Shown piece by piece: positions 9,550 to 18,431 of a stretch of 25,642 nucleotides of DNA (position 1 is its first letter; the number at the start of each line of letters is the position of its first letter). The notes below the pieces were generated by a model. That model saw only the letters and a list, made by a program, of their open reading frames with translations, did no database searches and was not told where the DNA came from. The stretch comes from an uncultured Aquificales bacterium (lineage in GTDB: Bacteria; Thermosulfidibacterota; Thermosulfidibacteria; Thermosulfidibacterales; Thermosulfidibacteraceae). Location: NCBI GenBank assembly GCA_964411615.1, contig CAYPLO010000023.1:1-25642 (forward strand), in the 5' to 3' direction. A program made the position numbers and the translations under genes.

Positions 9550-10902
9550 ATGGATGAGAAGAAGATAGTGGGTATGGCCATAAATGAGGATTACGCCAAG
9601 TTCATATACAGCATAACCAAGCCCGAGGATATACCCTTTAAGCCCGAAGCCTTAAGCGACATCACCGTTCTCGATTTGAGCTACGGTAGCTTTGCGGGAC
9701 TCTTCTGCTCCTCCATACTGGCGGAGCTGGGGGCGGAGGTGATAAGGATAGAGCCTCCAGGTGGGGATATAGCCAGAAAGATGAGTCCCTACGGGATAAT
9801 GATAAAGGATACGGGGCTTCCATACATAGTTGAGGGGAGGAACAAGTACCACATAACCCTGAACCTGGAGACGGAGGAGGGTAGGGATATCCTCAAGAAA
9901 CTGGTTAAGAAGGCGGATGTGCTCATAGAGACCTTCAAGCCCGGATACATGCACTCCTTGGGGCTGGGTTACGATGTTCTGAACGGTATTAATCCCAAGC
10001 TAATCTACTGCGCCATACACACCTACGGGCACTTTGGTTCTGAGTCCAAGAAGCACGCTAACCAGCCCGATTACGACCTGAACGACCAGGCCAGGGGTGT
10101 GGTGATGTCTGTGACGGGAGAGCCTGAGCTGGACCCCGAGGTTCCCAAGGAGTACAAGAGGCCCCTGAGGCAGGGGAACTGGATGGGCTGGTATCTGGCA
10201 GGCGCCTGGGCGGCCTTTGGTGTGAACCTTGCCCTCTTCCACAGGTACAGGTACGGCAAGGGCCAGTTCGTGGACTGTTCACCTCCTGAGGGGCTCTTCT
10301 CAATAGCCAACTACCTCTTCCAGTTCTACCACATGACGGGTAGAAAGATGGTGAGGGCGGGTAACTACGACTACGCGGTATTCCCCTACTCCTACTTCAA
10401 GTGTAAGGATGGGTACACCTTCATATCCGGTTTCACCGACCCCAACTGGGCGGCCCTGTGCGAGATAATGAACAGGCCCGACCTCCAGCAGCAGTTCCCC
10501 ACCATAAAGGAGAGGCTGACCCCTGAGAACCAGCCCAAGATACAGCACGAGATAGAGAAGTGGACGGTTAACTATACGTCGGATGAGATTCTTCAGATAG
10601 TCACCGAGTACAGTAAGCGCCCTGACAAGAAGGGGACTGTGGTTACCGGCAGGCTTGAGGAGCCGAAGGATGTGCTTCAGAGGGAGCACTGGAGGCTGAG
10701 AAAGACCTTTGTTGAGATAGAGGACCCCCATTACGGGAAGGTTCTGGTTCAGGACTCTTCCTTCCACGCCATGTCCAGGACCCCTGGAAGGATAAAGTGG
10801 GTGTGCAGGCCTGTGGGGGCTGATAATCAGTTCATCTATAAAAAGATGTTGGGATACGGTCCCAGTATGCTGGAGGAGCTGAAGGAGAGAGGGGTTATTT
10901 GA
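9550..10902 (+). CDS. Family III CoA-transferase, subunit B (catalytic Asp replaced by Trp)
   Basis: [46 protein letters not shown]214 occupies the position of the catalytic Asp. Confidence 0.92.
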   Translation: MDEKKIVGMAINEDYAKFIYSITKPEDIPFKPEALSDITVLDLSYGSFAGLFCSSILAELGAEVIRIEPPGGDIARKMSPYGIMIKDTGLPYIVEGRNKYHITLNLETEEGRDILKKLVKKADVLIETFKPGYMHSLGLGYDVLNGINPKLIYCAIHTYGHFGSESKKHANQPDYDLNDQARGVVMSVTGEPELDPEVPKEYKRPLRQGNWMGWYLAGAWAAFGVNLALFHRYRYGKGQFVDCSPPEGLFSIANYLFQFYHMTGRKMVRAGNYDYAVFPYSYFKCKDGYTFISGFTDPNWAALCEIMNRPDLQQQFPTIKERLTPENQPKIQHEIEKWTVNYTSDEILQIVTEYSKRPDKKGTVVTGRLEEPKDVLQREHWRLRKTFVEIEDPHYGKVLVQDSSFHAMSRTPGRIKWVCRPVGADNQFIYKKMLGYGPSMLEELKERGVI

Positions 10903-10928
10903 TTACAGGAAATGTTTTTTCGTTGTAC

Positions 10929-10960
10929 TTGACAGCTTGATTCCCTTTTGGTTTTACTAT
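10929..10960 (+). promoter_or_regulatory. Possible internal promoter upstream of the second CoA-transferase pair
   Basis: Perfect TTGACA (10929-10934) in an AT-rich 90-nt gap. The best -10 (TACTAT, 10955-10960) is at an atypical 20-nt spacing. Confidence 0.35.
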
Positions 10961-10992
10961 GGACCGAAAATTAGTTGACAGGAGGAAAACTT

Positions 10993-12333
10993 ATGGCGAA
11001 GGAAGATTTCCTCAAATGGGCTGAGGAGGAGTTCTCCCTTGAGAAGGTGTTTGAAAAACCTGAGGCCTTGGACGATATCGTTATAGTTGAGTTCTGCACC
11101 CTGATACTTGGACCTGCCACCCCTTCGTATCTGGCGGAGTTTGGGGCCACGGTGATAAAGATTGAGCTTCCCGGCATGGGCGATACCATGAGGTCCCTCA
11201 CCCCCTGGGGCAGGTTCTTCAAGGGGCAGGCCCTGGGCTTTTTGAAGGAGGCCAGGAACAAGTACAGCGTTGGTCTGGACCTTCACTACGATGAGGGGAA
11301 AGAGATATTCATGGAGCTTATAAGAAGGGCCGATGTATTCGTTGAGAACCTGAGGGCTGGAACCCTTGACAGGTGGGGTGTTGGCTACAGGCAGATGAAG
11401 GAGGTAAACCCTGGGATTATATACATAGCCAACAACGGGTTTGGCCAGTGGGGTCCCTATGTGGACAGGCCCTCCTACGATGCCATAGCCCAGTCCGAGT
11501 CTGGTGAGGCGTGGATATCGGGATTCCCCGGTAGGTTGCCCATGAAGTCGGGTATATGGCTCTGCGACTACTACGGTGCCCTTGTTGCGGCGGTTGGTAT
11601 CCTTGCCGCCCTCCATTACAGGGACAGAACAGGAAAAGGCCAGTACATAGAGTTCTCTCAAGCTGAGAACATCATGAGGGCAATGGACTGGACCTGGCTC
11701 TACCAGCACCTCACCGGCAAGCCCAGGGACAGGTACGGAAACAGGGATGTGGCCATATGCCCCTGCGATATCTTCATCTCCAAGGACAAGGAGTATGTGG
11801 CCATAGGATGCGCCACCGATGAGCAGTTCAGAGGCCTCTGTCAGGCCATGGGTAAGCCTGAGCTCGCCGATGACCCCAGGTTTGCCACCAACCTTGAGAG
11901 AACCAAGCCCGAAAACGCAGAGGAGCTGTTGAAGATAGTGAAGGAGTGGGTGGCGAACAACGTCTGGCCCGATATAGACAGGCTGGCCCAGAAGTACGGA
12001 TTTGGTGCAGAGAAGGTCCACAGCGGCAAGGACATATACAGCGACCCACACTTTGAGGTTAGAGGATTCAAGTGGCTGGTTAAGGACCCCATCTACGGTG
12101 AGTTTTACGAGGAGGGGGTTGCTCCCAAGCTGAGTGAGACCCCCGGAAGAATCAAGTGGGCGGGAAGGCCTGTGGGATTTGACACCTACTATGTGCTCAC
12201 CAAGTACGCCGGACTCACCTGGGAGAGGATAAAGGAGCTTGAGGAGAAGGGGGTTATAGGTAAGTGGAACGACATGATAGGAAGGAAGCCCCCTGAGGAC
12301 TGGGACGGCAAGTCCGGTGTTATCTATCCTTAA
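10993..12333 (+). CDS. Family III CoA-transferase, subunit A' (catalytic Asp present)
   Basis: Paralogue of 8200-9534 (shared C-terminus [11 protein letters not shown]); SGIWLCD192; start at ATG 10993 after GGAGG. Confidence 0.93.
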   Translation: MAKEDFLKWAEEEFSLEKVFEKPEALDDIVIVEFCTLILGPATPSYLAEFGATVIKIELPGMGDTMRSLTPWGRFFKGQALGFLKEARNKYSVGLDLHYDEGKEIFMELIRRADVFVENLRAGTLDRWGVGYRQMKEVNPGIIYIANNGFGQWGPYVDRPSYDAIAQSESGEAWISGFPGRLPMKSGIWLCDYYGALVAAVGILAALHYRDRTGKGQYIEFSQAENIMRAMDWTWLYQHLTGKPRDRYGNRDVAICPCDIFISKDKEYVAIGCATDEQFRGLCQAMGKPELADDPRFATNLERTKPENAEELLKIVKEWVANNVWPDIDRLAQKYGFGAEKVHSGKDIYSDPHFEVRGFKWLVKDPIYGEFYEEGVAPKLSETPGRIKWAGRPVGFDTYYVLTKYAGLTWERIKELEEKGVIGKWNDMIGRKPPEDWDGKSGVIYP

Positions 12334-12356
12334 AAACAAACTTGGAGGTATAGGGG

Positions 12357-13688
12357 ATGGCGGATATGAGCAAACCCTGGGCTGAGTGGATAAGGGAGCA
12401 CGATGACCCTAAGTATGCGTGGAAGAAACCCGAGGCCTTGGATGACCTCTGGGTGATAGACTGTTCCTACGCCAACATGGCGGGGGCCTACTGCTCTTCC
12501 ATCTTCTCTGAGCTTGGGGCCAATGTTATAAAGGTAGAGCCCCCTGGGGGGGACCCTGCCAGGAAGTTCACCCCCTTCGGTATCACCCACAAGGGTGAGG
12601 GGCTTGGCTATCTCAACGAGGGGAGGAACAAGTACCACATAACCCTGAACCTGGAGACTGAAGAGGGTAGGGAGATATTCAGGAAGCTGGCCAGGAAGGC
12701 GGATGTTGTGATTGAGAGCTTCCTGCCTGGCACCATGGACGAGTGGGGTATAGGCTACAGGCAGTTGCGTGAGGAGAATCCGGGGCTCATCTACTGTGCC
12801 ATATACACCTACGGGCAGTACGGTCCCAGGGCGGCCTGCGGCAAGGCGGATGTGGATGTGATAGACCAGGCCATGTCCGGTATAACCTACGTGTCGGGTG
12901 AGTACGTGGAGGACCCCAGCGACCCCAAGGAGTGGGAGGTGCCCACCAAGCAGGGGAACTGGATGGGCTGGTACTGCGGCGGGGCCTATGCCGCCTTTGC
13001 CATCCTTGTGGCACTGCATTACAGGCACAGGACGGGTAAGGGCCAGATGATAGACCTGTCCCCTGCCGAGGCCTTTGCCAGGATGGTCAACTACAATCTC
13101 ACCTACTATCAGGCCTACGGAGAGACCGTTGAGAGGGTGGGCAACCTGGACGCCGGTGTCTTCTGTTACACCTACTTCAAGTGCAAGGACGGCTTCTGCT
13201 TCCTCTCAGGATTCTCGGACCCCAACTGGTCCCTGCTGTGTGAGATAATAGAGAGGCCCGATTTGAGGGAGAAGTATCCCACCATCTTTGAGAGGCTGAA
13301 CTTTGAGAACCAGAAGGCCGCCTACAAGGAGATAGAGAAGTGGACCGTTGATAAGGAGTACAAAGAGATATTTGATAAGGTTATGAAGGCCAACCAGGAG
13401 GCCAAGGAGTCGGGTAAGGGCGGTGTTGTGGTTCCAGGAAAGGTGTGCTCCGCCTGGGAGGCCATGCATACGGACAACTGGTGGGAGAGGGGCACCTTTG
13501 AGAAGATAAACGACCCCATATACGGGGAGCTTGTCATATGCAACCAGCCCTGGAAGATGACAGAGACCCCGCCCAGGGTTAAGTGGGTCTGCAGACCTGT
13601 TGGTGCCGATAATGAATACATATACAAGGTCTTCTTCAACTTCGGAAAGAAGGAGCTTGAGGAGCTTAAGAAGAAGGGGGTCATCTGA
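12357..13688 (+). CDS. Family III CoA-transferase, subunit B' (catalytic Asp replaced by Trp)
   Basis: Paralogue of 9550-10902 ([25 protein letters not shown]205[12 protein letters not shown], ELKxxGVI). Confidence 0.92.
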   Translation: MADMSKPWAEWIREHDDPKYAWKKPEALDDLWVIDCSYANMAGAYCSSIFSELGANVIKVEPPGGDPARKFTPFGITHKGEGLGYLNEGRNKYHITLNLETEEGREIFRKLARKADVVIESFLPGTMDEWGIGYRQLREENPGLIYCAIYTYGQYGPRAACGKADVDVIDQAMSGITYVSGEYVEDPSDPKEWEVPTKQGNWMGWYCGGAYAAFAILVALHYRHRTGKGQMIDLSPAEAFARMVNYNLTYYQAYGETVERVGNLDAGVFCYTYFKCKDGFCFLSGFSDPNWSLLCEIIERPDLREKYPTIFERLNFENQKAAYKEIEKWTVDKEYKEIFDKVMKANQEAKESGKGGVVVPGKVCSAWEAMHTDNWWERGTFEKINDPIYGELVICNQPWKMTETPPRVKWVCRPVGADNEYIYKVFFNFGKKELEELKKKGVI

Positions 13689-13712
13689 GGGGGCCTGTCC
13701 CCCTCTTTTTTT
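13687..13712 (+). terminator. Rho-independent terminator closing the CoA-transferase operon
   Basis: GAGGGGG-CCTGT-CCCCCTC perfect 7-bp stem followed by T7. Confidence 0.9.
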
Positions 13713-13745
13713 GTCCGTGTAAGTTACAGTTTTCACAAGCTCCGG

Positions 13746-13775
13746 TTGACACCCGCTTGCCCCATCTGGTATGGG
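13746..13775 (+). promoter_or_regulatory. Possible promoter for yajC-secDF
   Basis: TTGACA at 13746-13751; only a weak extended -10 (TGGTATGGG). Confidence 0.35.
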
Positions 13776-13812
13776 TGAAGGGCCTGTGTAAACTACCATT
13801 GGGAGGTAAGCG

Positions 13813-14127
13813 ATGATATCCTTTGCCGTTGCCCTTGCGTCCAATGGAACCGCTGCCAGGCCTTCAGGGTGGATGCAGATTATACCGCTAATTCTGATAT
13901 TTGTGGTCTTCTGGTTCATCCTCATATGGCCCCAGCAGAGGAGGCAGAAGCAGCACAGGAAGATGCTTGAGAGCCTCAAAAAGGGGGACAAGGTCGTCAC
14001 CGTTGGCGGTATATACGGGGTGGTGACCCACATAGGGGAGAACACCGTCTTCATAAAGGTTGACGAGAACACCAAGCTGGAGGTAAGTAAGGGGGCCATA
14101 GCCAACATAGTGGAGAAGAAGTCCTGA
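13813..14127 (+). CDS. yajC: Preprotein translocase subunit YajC
   Basis: FWFILIWPQQRRQK...LKKGDKVVTVGGIYGVV; GGGAGG SD; precedes secD. Confidence 0.96.
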   Translation: MISFAVALASNGTAARPSGWMQIIPLILIFVVFWFILIWPQQRRQKQHRKMLESLKKGDKVVTVGGIYGVVTHIGENTVFIKVDENTKLEVSKGAIANIVEKKS

Positions 14128-14143
14128 TGTGTATGGAGGCAAG

Positions 14144-15691
14144 ATGAAGGGCTACAAACTCAGGATATTCTCGGTCCTTTTCTTTGTGGTAATCTCCCTT
14201 CTCTACCTCAGTCCCCTGTCCGGGAGGAAGGAGAAGATAAAGCTGGGGCTGGACCTCAAGGGTGGGGTCTATCTGGCCCTTGGGGTGGACCTGGATAAGG
14301 CTGTTGAGGCGGACCTTGATAAGTATGTGATGATACTCAAGGACGAGCTTTCAAGGGCCAAGGTGGATGTGGACAGCATAACCAGGGTGGGAAAGGAGAT
14401 AAGGATAAAGCTTCTGCTGAAGGAAGATGTGGACAGGGTTAAAAAGGTGCTGGAGGGGTACAGGGAGCTTGTGGTTGACAGGGTTGAGGGGGATACGCTC
14501 TTCGTTAAGCTCTCTCCCAAGGAGGTTGAGCGCATAAGGAAGAACGCCCTGGACCAGACCCTTGAGGTGATAAGGAACAGGATAGATGAGTTCGGGGTTA
14601 CGGAGCCTGAAATTAGGAAGGCGGGAACCGATAGAATCATCGTTCAGATTCCGGGGATAAAAGACCCCGACAGGGCTATAAGGATTATAGGCAGAACCGC
14701 CCATCTTGAGTTCAAGCTCCTGGATGAGGAGCACTCCCTTGAGGAGGCCCTGGCAGGTAAGGTTCCACCGGGGGATGAGATACTCTACGGAAGGGTTGTT
14801 GATAAGAGGACGGGCAGGGTGAGGAAGGTCCCGTATCTGGTGAAGAAGCAGACCCTGTTAACGGGGGACCATCTGGTTGATGCCAGGGTGATGATAGACA
14901 GCCGAACCAACGAGCCCTACGTTGCCATAAAGTTTGACAAGATAGGGACCAAGCTCTTTGCCAGGATAACCTCCAACAACGTGGGCAAGAGGCTGGCCAT
15001 AATTCTGGATAACACCGTGTACTCCGCCCCTGTGATAAGGGAGCCCATAACGGGGGGAGAGGCGAGCATAACGGGAAGCTTCACCTTTGAGGAGGCTCAT
15101 GACCTTGCCATTGTGCTCAGGGCCGGGGCACTCCCCGCTCCGGTGAAGGTGCTTGAGAACAGGACAGTGGGTCCGTCCTTGGGTATGGACTCCATAAGGA
15201 AGGGGATAAGGGCGGCCATAGTGGGGCTTATAGTTGTGGTGCTCTTTATGGGTGTATACTATAGGCTATCTGGCCTTGTGGCGGATGTGGCTCTTCTTCT
15301 CAATATGATACTGATACTTGGTGCCCTTGCCGCCTTCAGGGCAACCCTCACCCTTCCCGGTATCGCCGGAATAGTGCTCACCATAGGAATGTCCGTTGAT
15401 GCCAACGTACTCATATTTGAGAGGATAAGGGAGGAGCTGAGGCTTGGAAAGACCATAAAGGCTGCCATAGAGGCGGGCTTTGAGAGGGCCACCATAACCA
15501 TTCTGGATGCCAACATAACGACGCTTATTGCCGCCCTCATACTCTTCCAGTACGGCACAGGTCCCATAAAGGGGTTTGCCGTCACCCTCAGCATAGGAAT
15601 CCTGGCCAGCATGTTCACCGCCGTGGTCTTCTGCAGAGGGGTGTTTGAGTTTATGGTGGATGTGCTGAAGGTTAAGAGACTCAGCATTTAG
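14144..15691 (+). CDS. secD: Protein translocase subunit SecD
   Basis: KLGLDLKGG, NRIDEFGVTEP, LRAGALPAP, GMSVDANVLIFERIREE; ATG 14144 after GGAGG. Confidence 0.98.
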   Translation: MKGYKLRIFSVLFFVVISLLYLSPLSGRKEKIKLGLDLKGGVYLALGVDLDKAVEADLDKYVMILKDELSRAKVDVDSITRVGKEIRIKLLLKEDVDRVKKVLEGYRELVVDRVEGDTLFVKLSPKEVERIRKNALDQTLEVIRNRIDEFGVTEPEIRKAGTDRIIVQIPGIKDPDRAIRIIGRTAHLEFKLLDEEHSLEEALAGKVPPGDEILYGRVVDKRTGRVRKVPYLVKKQTLLTGDHLVDARVMIDSRTNEPYVAIKFDKIGTKLFARITSNNVGKRLAIILDNTVYSAPVIREPITGGEASITGSFTFEEAHDLAIVLRAGALPAPVKVLENRTVGPSLGMDSIRKGIRAAIVGLIVVVLFMGVYYRLSGLVADVALLLNMILILGALAAFRATLTLPGIAGIVLTIGMSVDANVLIFERIREELRLGKTIKAAIEAGFERATITILDANITTLIAALILFQYGTGPIKGFAVTLSIGILASMFTAVVFCRGVFEFMVDVLKVKRLSI

Positions 15692-15700
15692 AGGTGAGAG

Positions 15701-16636
15701 ATGTTTGAGATTGTAAAGCCGGGAACCAGAATAGACTTCATGAGGTACAAGGAGAGGGCCATAGCCGTCTCCCTCACCCTCATCCTCATCTCCATAGGTG
15801 CCATGATTTACAACAAGCTCACCATAGGAAGCTTCTTCCGTTATGGTGTGGACTTTGCCGGTGGAACCCTCATTCAGGTTAGGTTCAAGGAGCCTCCCGA
15901 CCTGGACAGGCTCAGGAAGGCCCTTAAGAGTGAGGGCTTCACCGATTTCACCATCCAGTCCTTTGGCTCTCCCAATGAGGTGATAATAAGGACCCCCAAG
16001 AGCTCTGGAGAGCTCAAGGGGATTCAGGAGATGGCCAGAAGGGCCATAGAGAAGGTTTACGGGAAGGATTTTGAGATAAGGCGCGTTGAGATGGTGGGCC
16101 CCAAGGTGGGGCGTGAGCTCAAGGAGAAGGGGATAAAGGCCATAATCCTCTCCCTTATAGCCATGCTGCTGTACATAGCCTGGAGGTTTGAGTTCAGATT
16201 CGGCATCGGTGCCATAGTTGCCCTGTTTCACGATGTGACCATAACCGCCGGTGTCTTTGCCCTCTTCAGACTCCAGATGGACCTTGAGATACTGGCCGCC
16301 CTGCTTACCATCCTGGGATACTCCATCAACGACACCATTGTTGTCTACGACAGGATAAGGGAGAACATGGGCAAGAAGGGTAAAGACATGGCGGACACCA
16401 TCAACATAAGCATAAACGAGACCCTGAGCAGGACCCTTCTCACCTCTTTGACCACCCTCTTTGCAGTGCTGTCTCTGCTTATTTTGGGTAATGAGGTGAT
16501 AAGGGGCTTTGCCCTTGCCCTGACGGTGGGTATAATCGTTGGAACCTACTCTTCCATTTTTATAGCCAGTCCTATAGTTATCTACTGGGAGAGGTTGCTG
16601 GCCAAAGCATCCCATGTGAGGGAGGCGAGGGCATGA
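15701..16636 (+). CDS. secF: Protein translocase subunit SecF
   Basis: GVDFAGGT, VGPKVG, GYSINDTIVVYDRIRE, GTYSSIFIA. Confidence 0.98.
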   Translation: MFEIVKPGTRIDFMRYKERAIAVSLTLILISIGAMIYNKLTIGSFFRYGVDFAGGTLIQVRFKEPPDLDRLRKALKSEGFTDFTIQSFGSPNEVIIRTPKSSGELKGIQEMARRAIEKVYGKDFEIRRVEMVGPKVGRELKEKGIKAIILSLIAMLLYIAWRFEFRFGIGAIVALFHDVTITAGVFALFRLQMDLEILAALLTILGYSINDTIVVYDRIRENMGKKGKDMADTINISINETLSRTLLTSLTTLFAVLSLLILGNEVIRGFALALTVGIIVGTYSSIFIASPIVIYWERLLAKASHVREARA

Positions 16637-16863
16637 GAAGCATGATGGACAGGGTGAGGCTCATAAACGAGGCCATGGGTAAGGTGGACAGCAGGTACAG
16701 GCTCTCTGTGATACTCTTCAAGAGGGCAAGAGCCATAAATCAGGGGGACAGACCGCTGGTTGAGCCCAAATCTCCCAAGGAGTACTTTGTGGCCCTTGAC
16801 GAGTTCTTGGGAGGCTACATCCAGTGGAAAGAGCCCGGCGGTGAATGGCAAAAGGTAGAGTAG
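16633..16863 (+). CDS. rpoZ: RNA polymerase omega subunit (probable)
   Basis: 76 aa; SRYRLSVILFKRARAINQG...ALDEF resembles the omega pattern xRYxLvxxxxKRARql...AlxE; ATGA overlap with secF. Confidence 0.72.
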   Translation: MRSMMDRVRLINEAMGKVDSRYRLSVILFKRARAINQGDRPLVEPKSPKEYFVALDEFLGGYIQWKEPGGEWQKVE

Positions 16864-18431
16864 CACTTTTTCTCTTCCTCTGGTTCTCCATTGCCCTTGC
16901 CCAGGATTACGGAGGCACCATAATTCTTGGCTCCATAGGGGAGCCCAAAAGGCTCCTTCCACTGCTGGCCTCCGATTCCGCCTCTGCCACCATATCCGGT
17001 TTCATATTCAACGGTCTTGTTCGCTACGATGGGAACCTCAACATAGTGGGGGACCTCGCCCGTTCCTGGGAGATAAAAGATGGTGGTAGGGTGATAATCT
17101 TTCACCTCAGGAGAGATGTTAAGTGGCAGGACGGGTATCCCTTCACCGCCGATGATGTGGTCTTCACCTATGAGAAGCTGGTGGACCCCAATGTGGCCAC
17201 CCCCTACAGCGGCGATTACGAGGTTATAGAGAGGGTGGAGAAGCTGGACGATTACACCGTTAAGGTGGTCTATAAGCATCCCTTTGCGTCGGCCCTATCC
17301 TCCTGGACCATGGGGATAATCCCCAAGCACCTTCTGGAGCATGAGGATTTGAATACCACCCACTACAACAGGCATCCTGTAGGGACAGGCCCTTACATCC
17401 TGAAGAAGTGGGTGACGGGGAGAGAGATTGTTCTTGAGGCCAATCCCCACTACTTCAGGGGAAGGCCCTACATAGACAGGATAGTCTACAGAATCATACC
17501 CGACACCGCCACCATGTTTCTGGAGTTGCAGGCGGGGAACCTTGACTACATGGGGCTTACCCCCTTCCAGTACGCCAGGCAGACCGACACGCCATTTTTT
17601 AGAAGGAACTTCAGAAAGTTCAGGTTCCCATCCTTCGGCTACACCTATCTGGGATACAACCTCAGGGTTCCTCTCTTCAGGGACAGGAGGGTCAGGCAGG
17701 CCCTGACCTATGCCATAGACAGAAGGCTCATAGTTGATGTGGTGCTTCTGGGGCTTGGCACCGTCTCCAACGGTATATTTCCACCCTCTTCGTGGGCCTG
17801 TGACACCAGCCTCAAGCCCTTCCCTTATGACCCTGAAAGGGCCGTTGAGCTTCTGAGGGAGGCCGGCTGGGAGGACCACGATGGGGATGGTGTGATAGAT
17901 AAGGATGGTGTGCCCTTTGAGTTCACCATACTCACCAACCAGGGGAATCTCCAGAGGATATCAACGGCGGAGATTATCCAGTATCAGCTGGGCAGGATAG
18001 GGATAAAGGTCAAGATAAGGGTCCTTGAGTGGCAGGCCCTTTTGAGGAGGATAATGGACAGGAACTTTCAGGCGGTCATTCTGGGGTGGTCCTTGGGTTA
18101 CGACCCTGACCCCTACGATATATGGCACTCCTCAAAGACAGGTCCGGGTGAGTTCAACTTTGTGGGCTACAGTAACCCCGAGGTTGACAGACTGCTGGAG
18201 GAGGCCAGAAGGACCCTGGATAGGAAGAGGAGGGCTACCCTTTATAAAAAGATTCAGCGCATAATCTACATGGACCAGCCCTACACCTTTCTCTACGTGC
18301 CGGATTCTCTCTCCATACTTCACAGACGATTTCACAACGTGAAGCCTGCCAGGGCAGGTATATGGTACAACTTTGAGAGGTGGTACGTTCCCAAAAGGCT
18401 TCAGCGGCATAGGGTGGAGGTGGAGCCTTGA
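16845..18431 (+). CDS. ABC transporter family 5 (peptide/nickel, AppA-like) substrate-binding protein
   Basis: Signal peptide; GDLARSWE, VKWQDGYPFTADDVVFT, PVGTGPY, VRQALTYAIDR, NFVGYSNPEVDRLL. Confidence 0.93.
   Translation: MAKGRVALFLFLWFSIALAQDYGGTIILGSIGEPKRLLPLLASDSASATISGFIFNGLVRYDGNLNIVGDLARSWEIKDGGRVIIFHLRRDVKWQDGYPFTADDVVFTYEKLVDPNVATPYSGDYEVIERVEKLDDYTVKVVYKHPFASALSSWTMGIIPKHLLEHEDLNTTHYNRHPVGTGPYILKKWVTGREIVLEANPHYFRGRPYIDRIVYRIIPDTATMFLELQAGNLDYMGLTPFQYARQTDTPFFRRNFRKFRFPSFGYTYLGYNLRVPLFRDRRVRQALTYAIDRRLIVDVVLLGLGTVSNGIFPPSSWACDTSLKPFPYDPERAVELLREAGWEDHDGDGVIDKDGVPFEFTILTNQGNLQRISTAEIIQYQLGRIGIKVKIRVLEWQALLRRIMDRNFQAVILGWSLGYDPDPYDIWHSSKTGPGEFNFVGYSNPEVDRLLEEARRTLDRKRRATLYKKIQRIIYMDQPYTFLYVPDSLSILHRRFHNVKPARAGIWYNFERWYVPKRLQRHRVEVEP

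Noticed and set aside
6106..13704. 11-bp direct repeat CCTGTCCCCCT at 6106-6116 and 13694-13704, roughly flanking the catabolic module (possible att or target-site duplication)
   Set aside because: One copy is the complement of the ffh RBS region and the other is part of the terminator hairpin. It is low complexity, no integrase or transposase is present, and the module's codon style matches the flanks.
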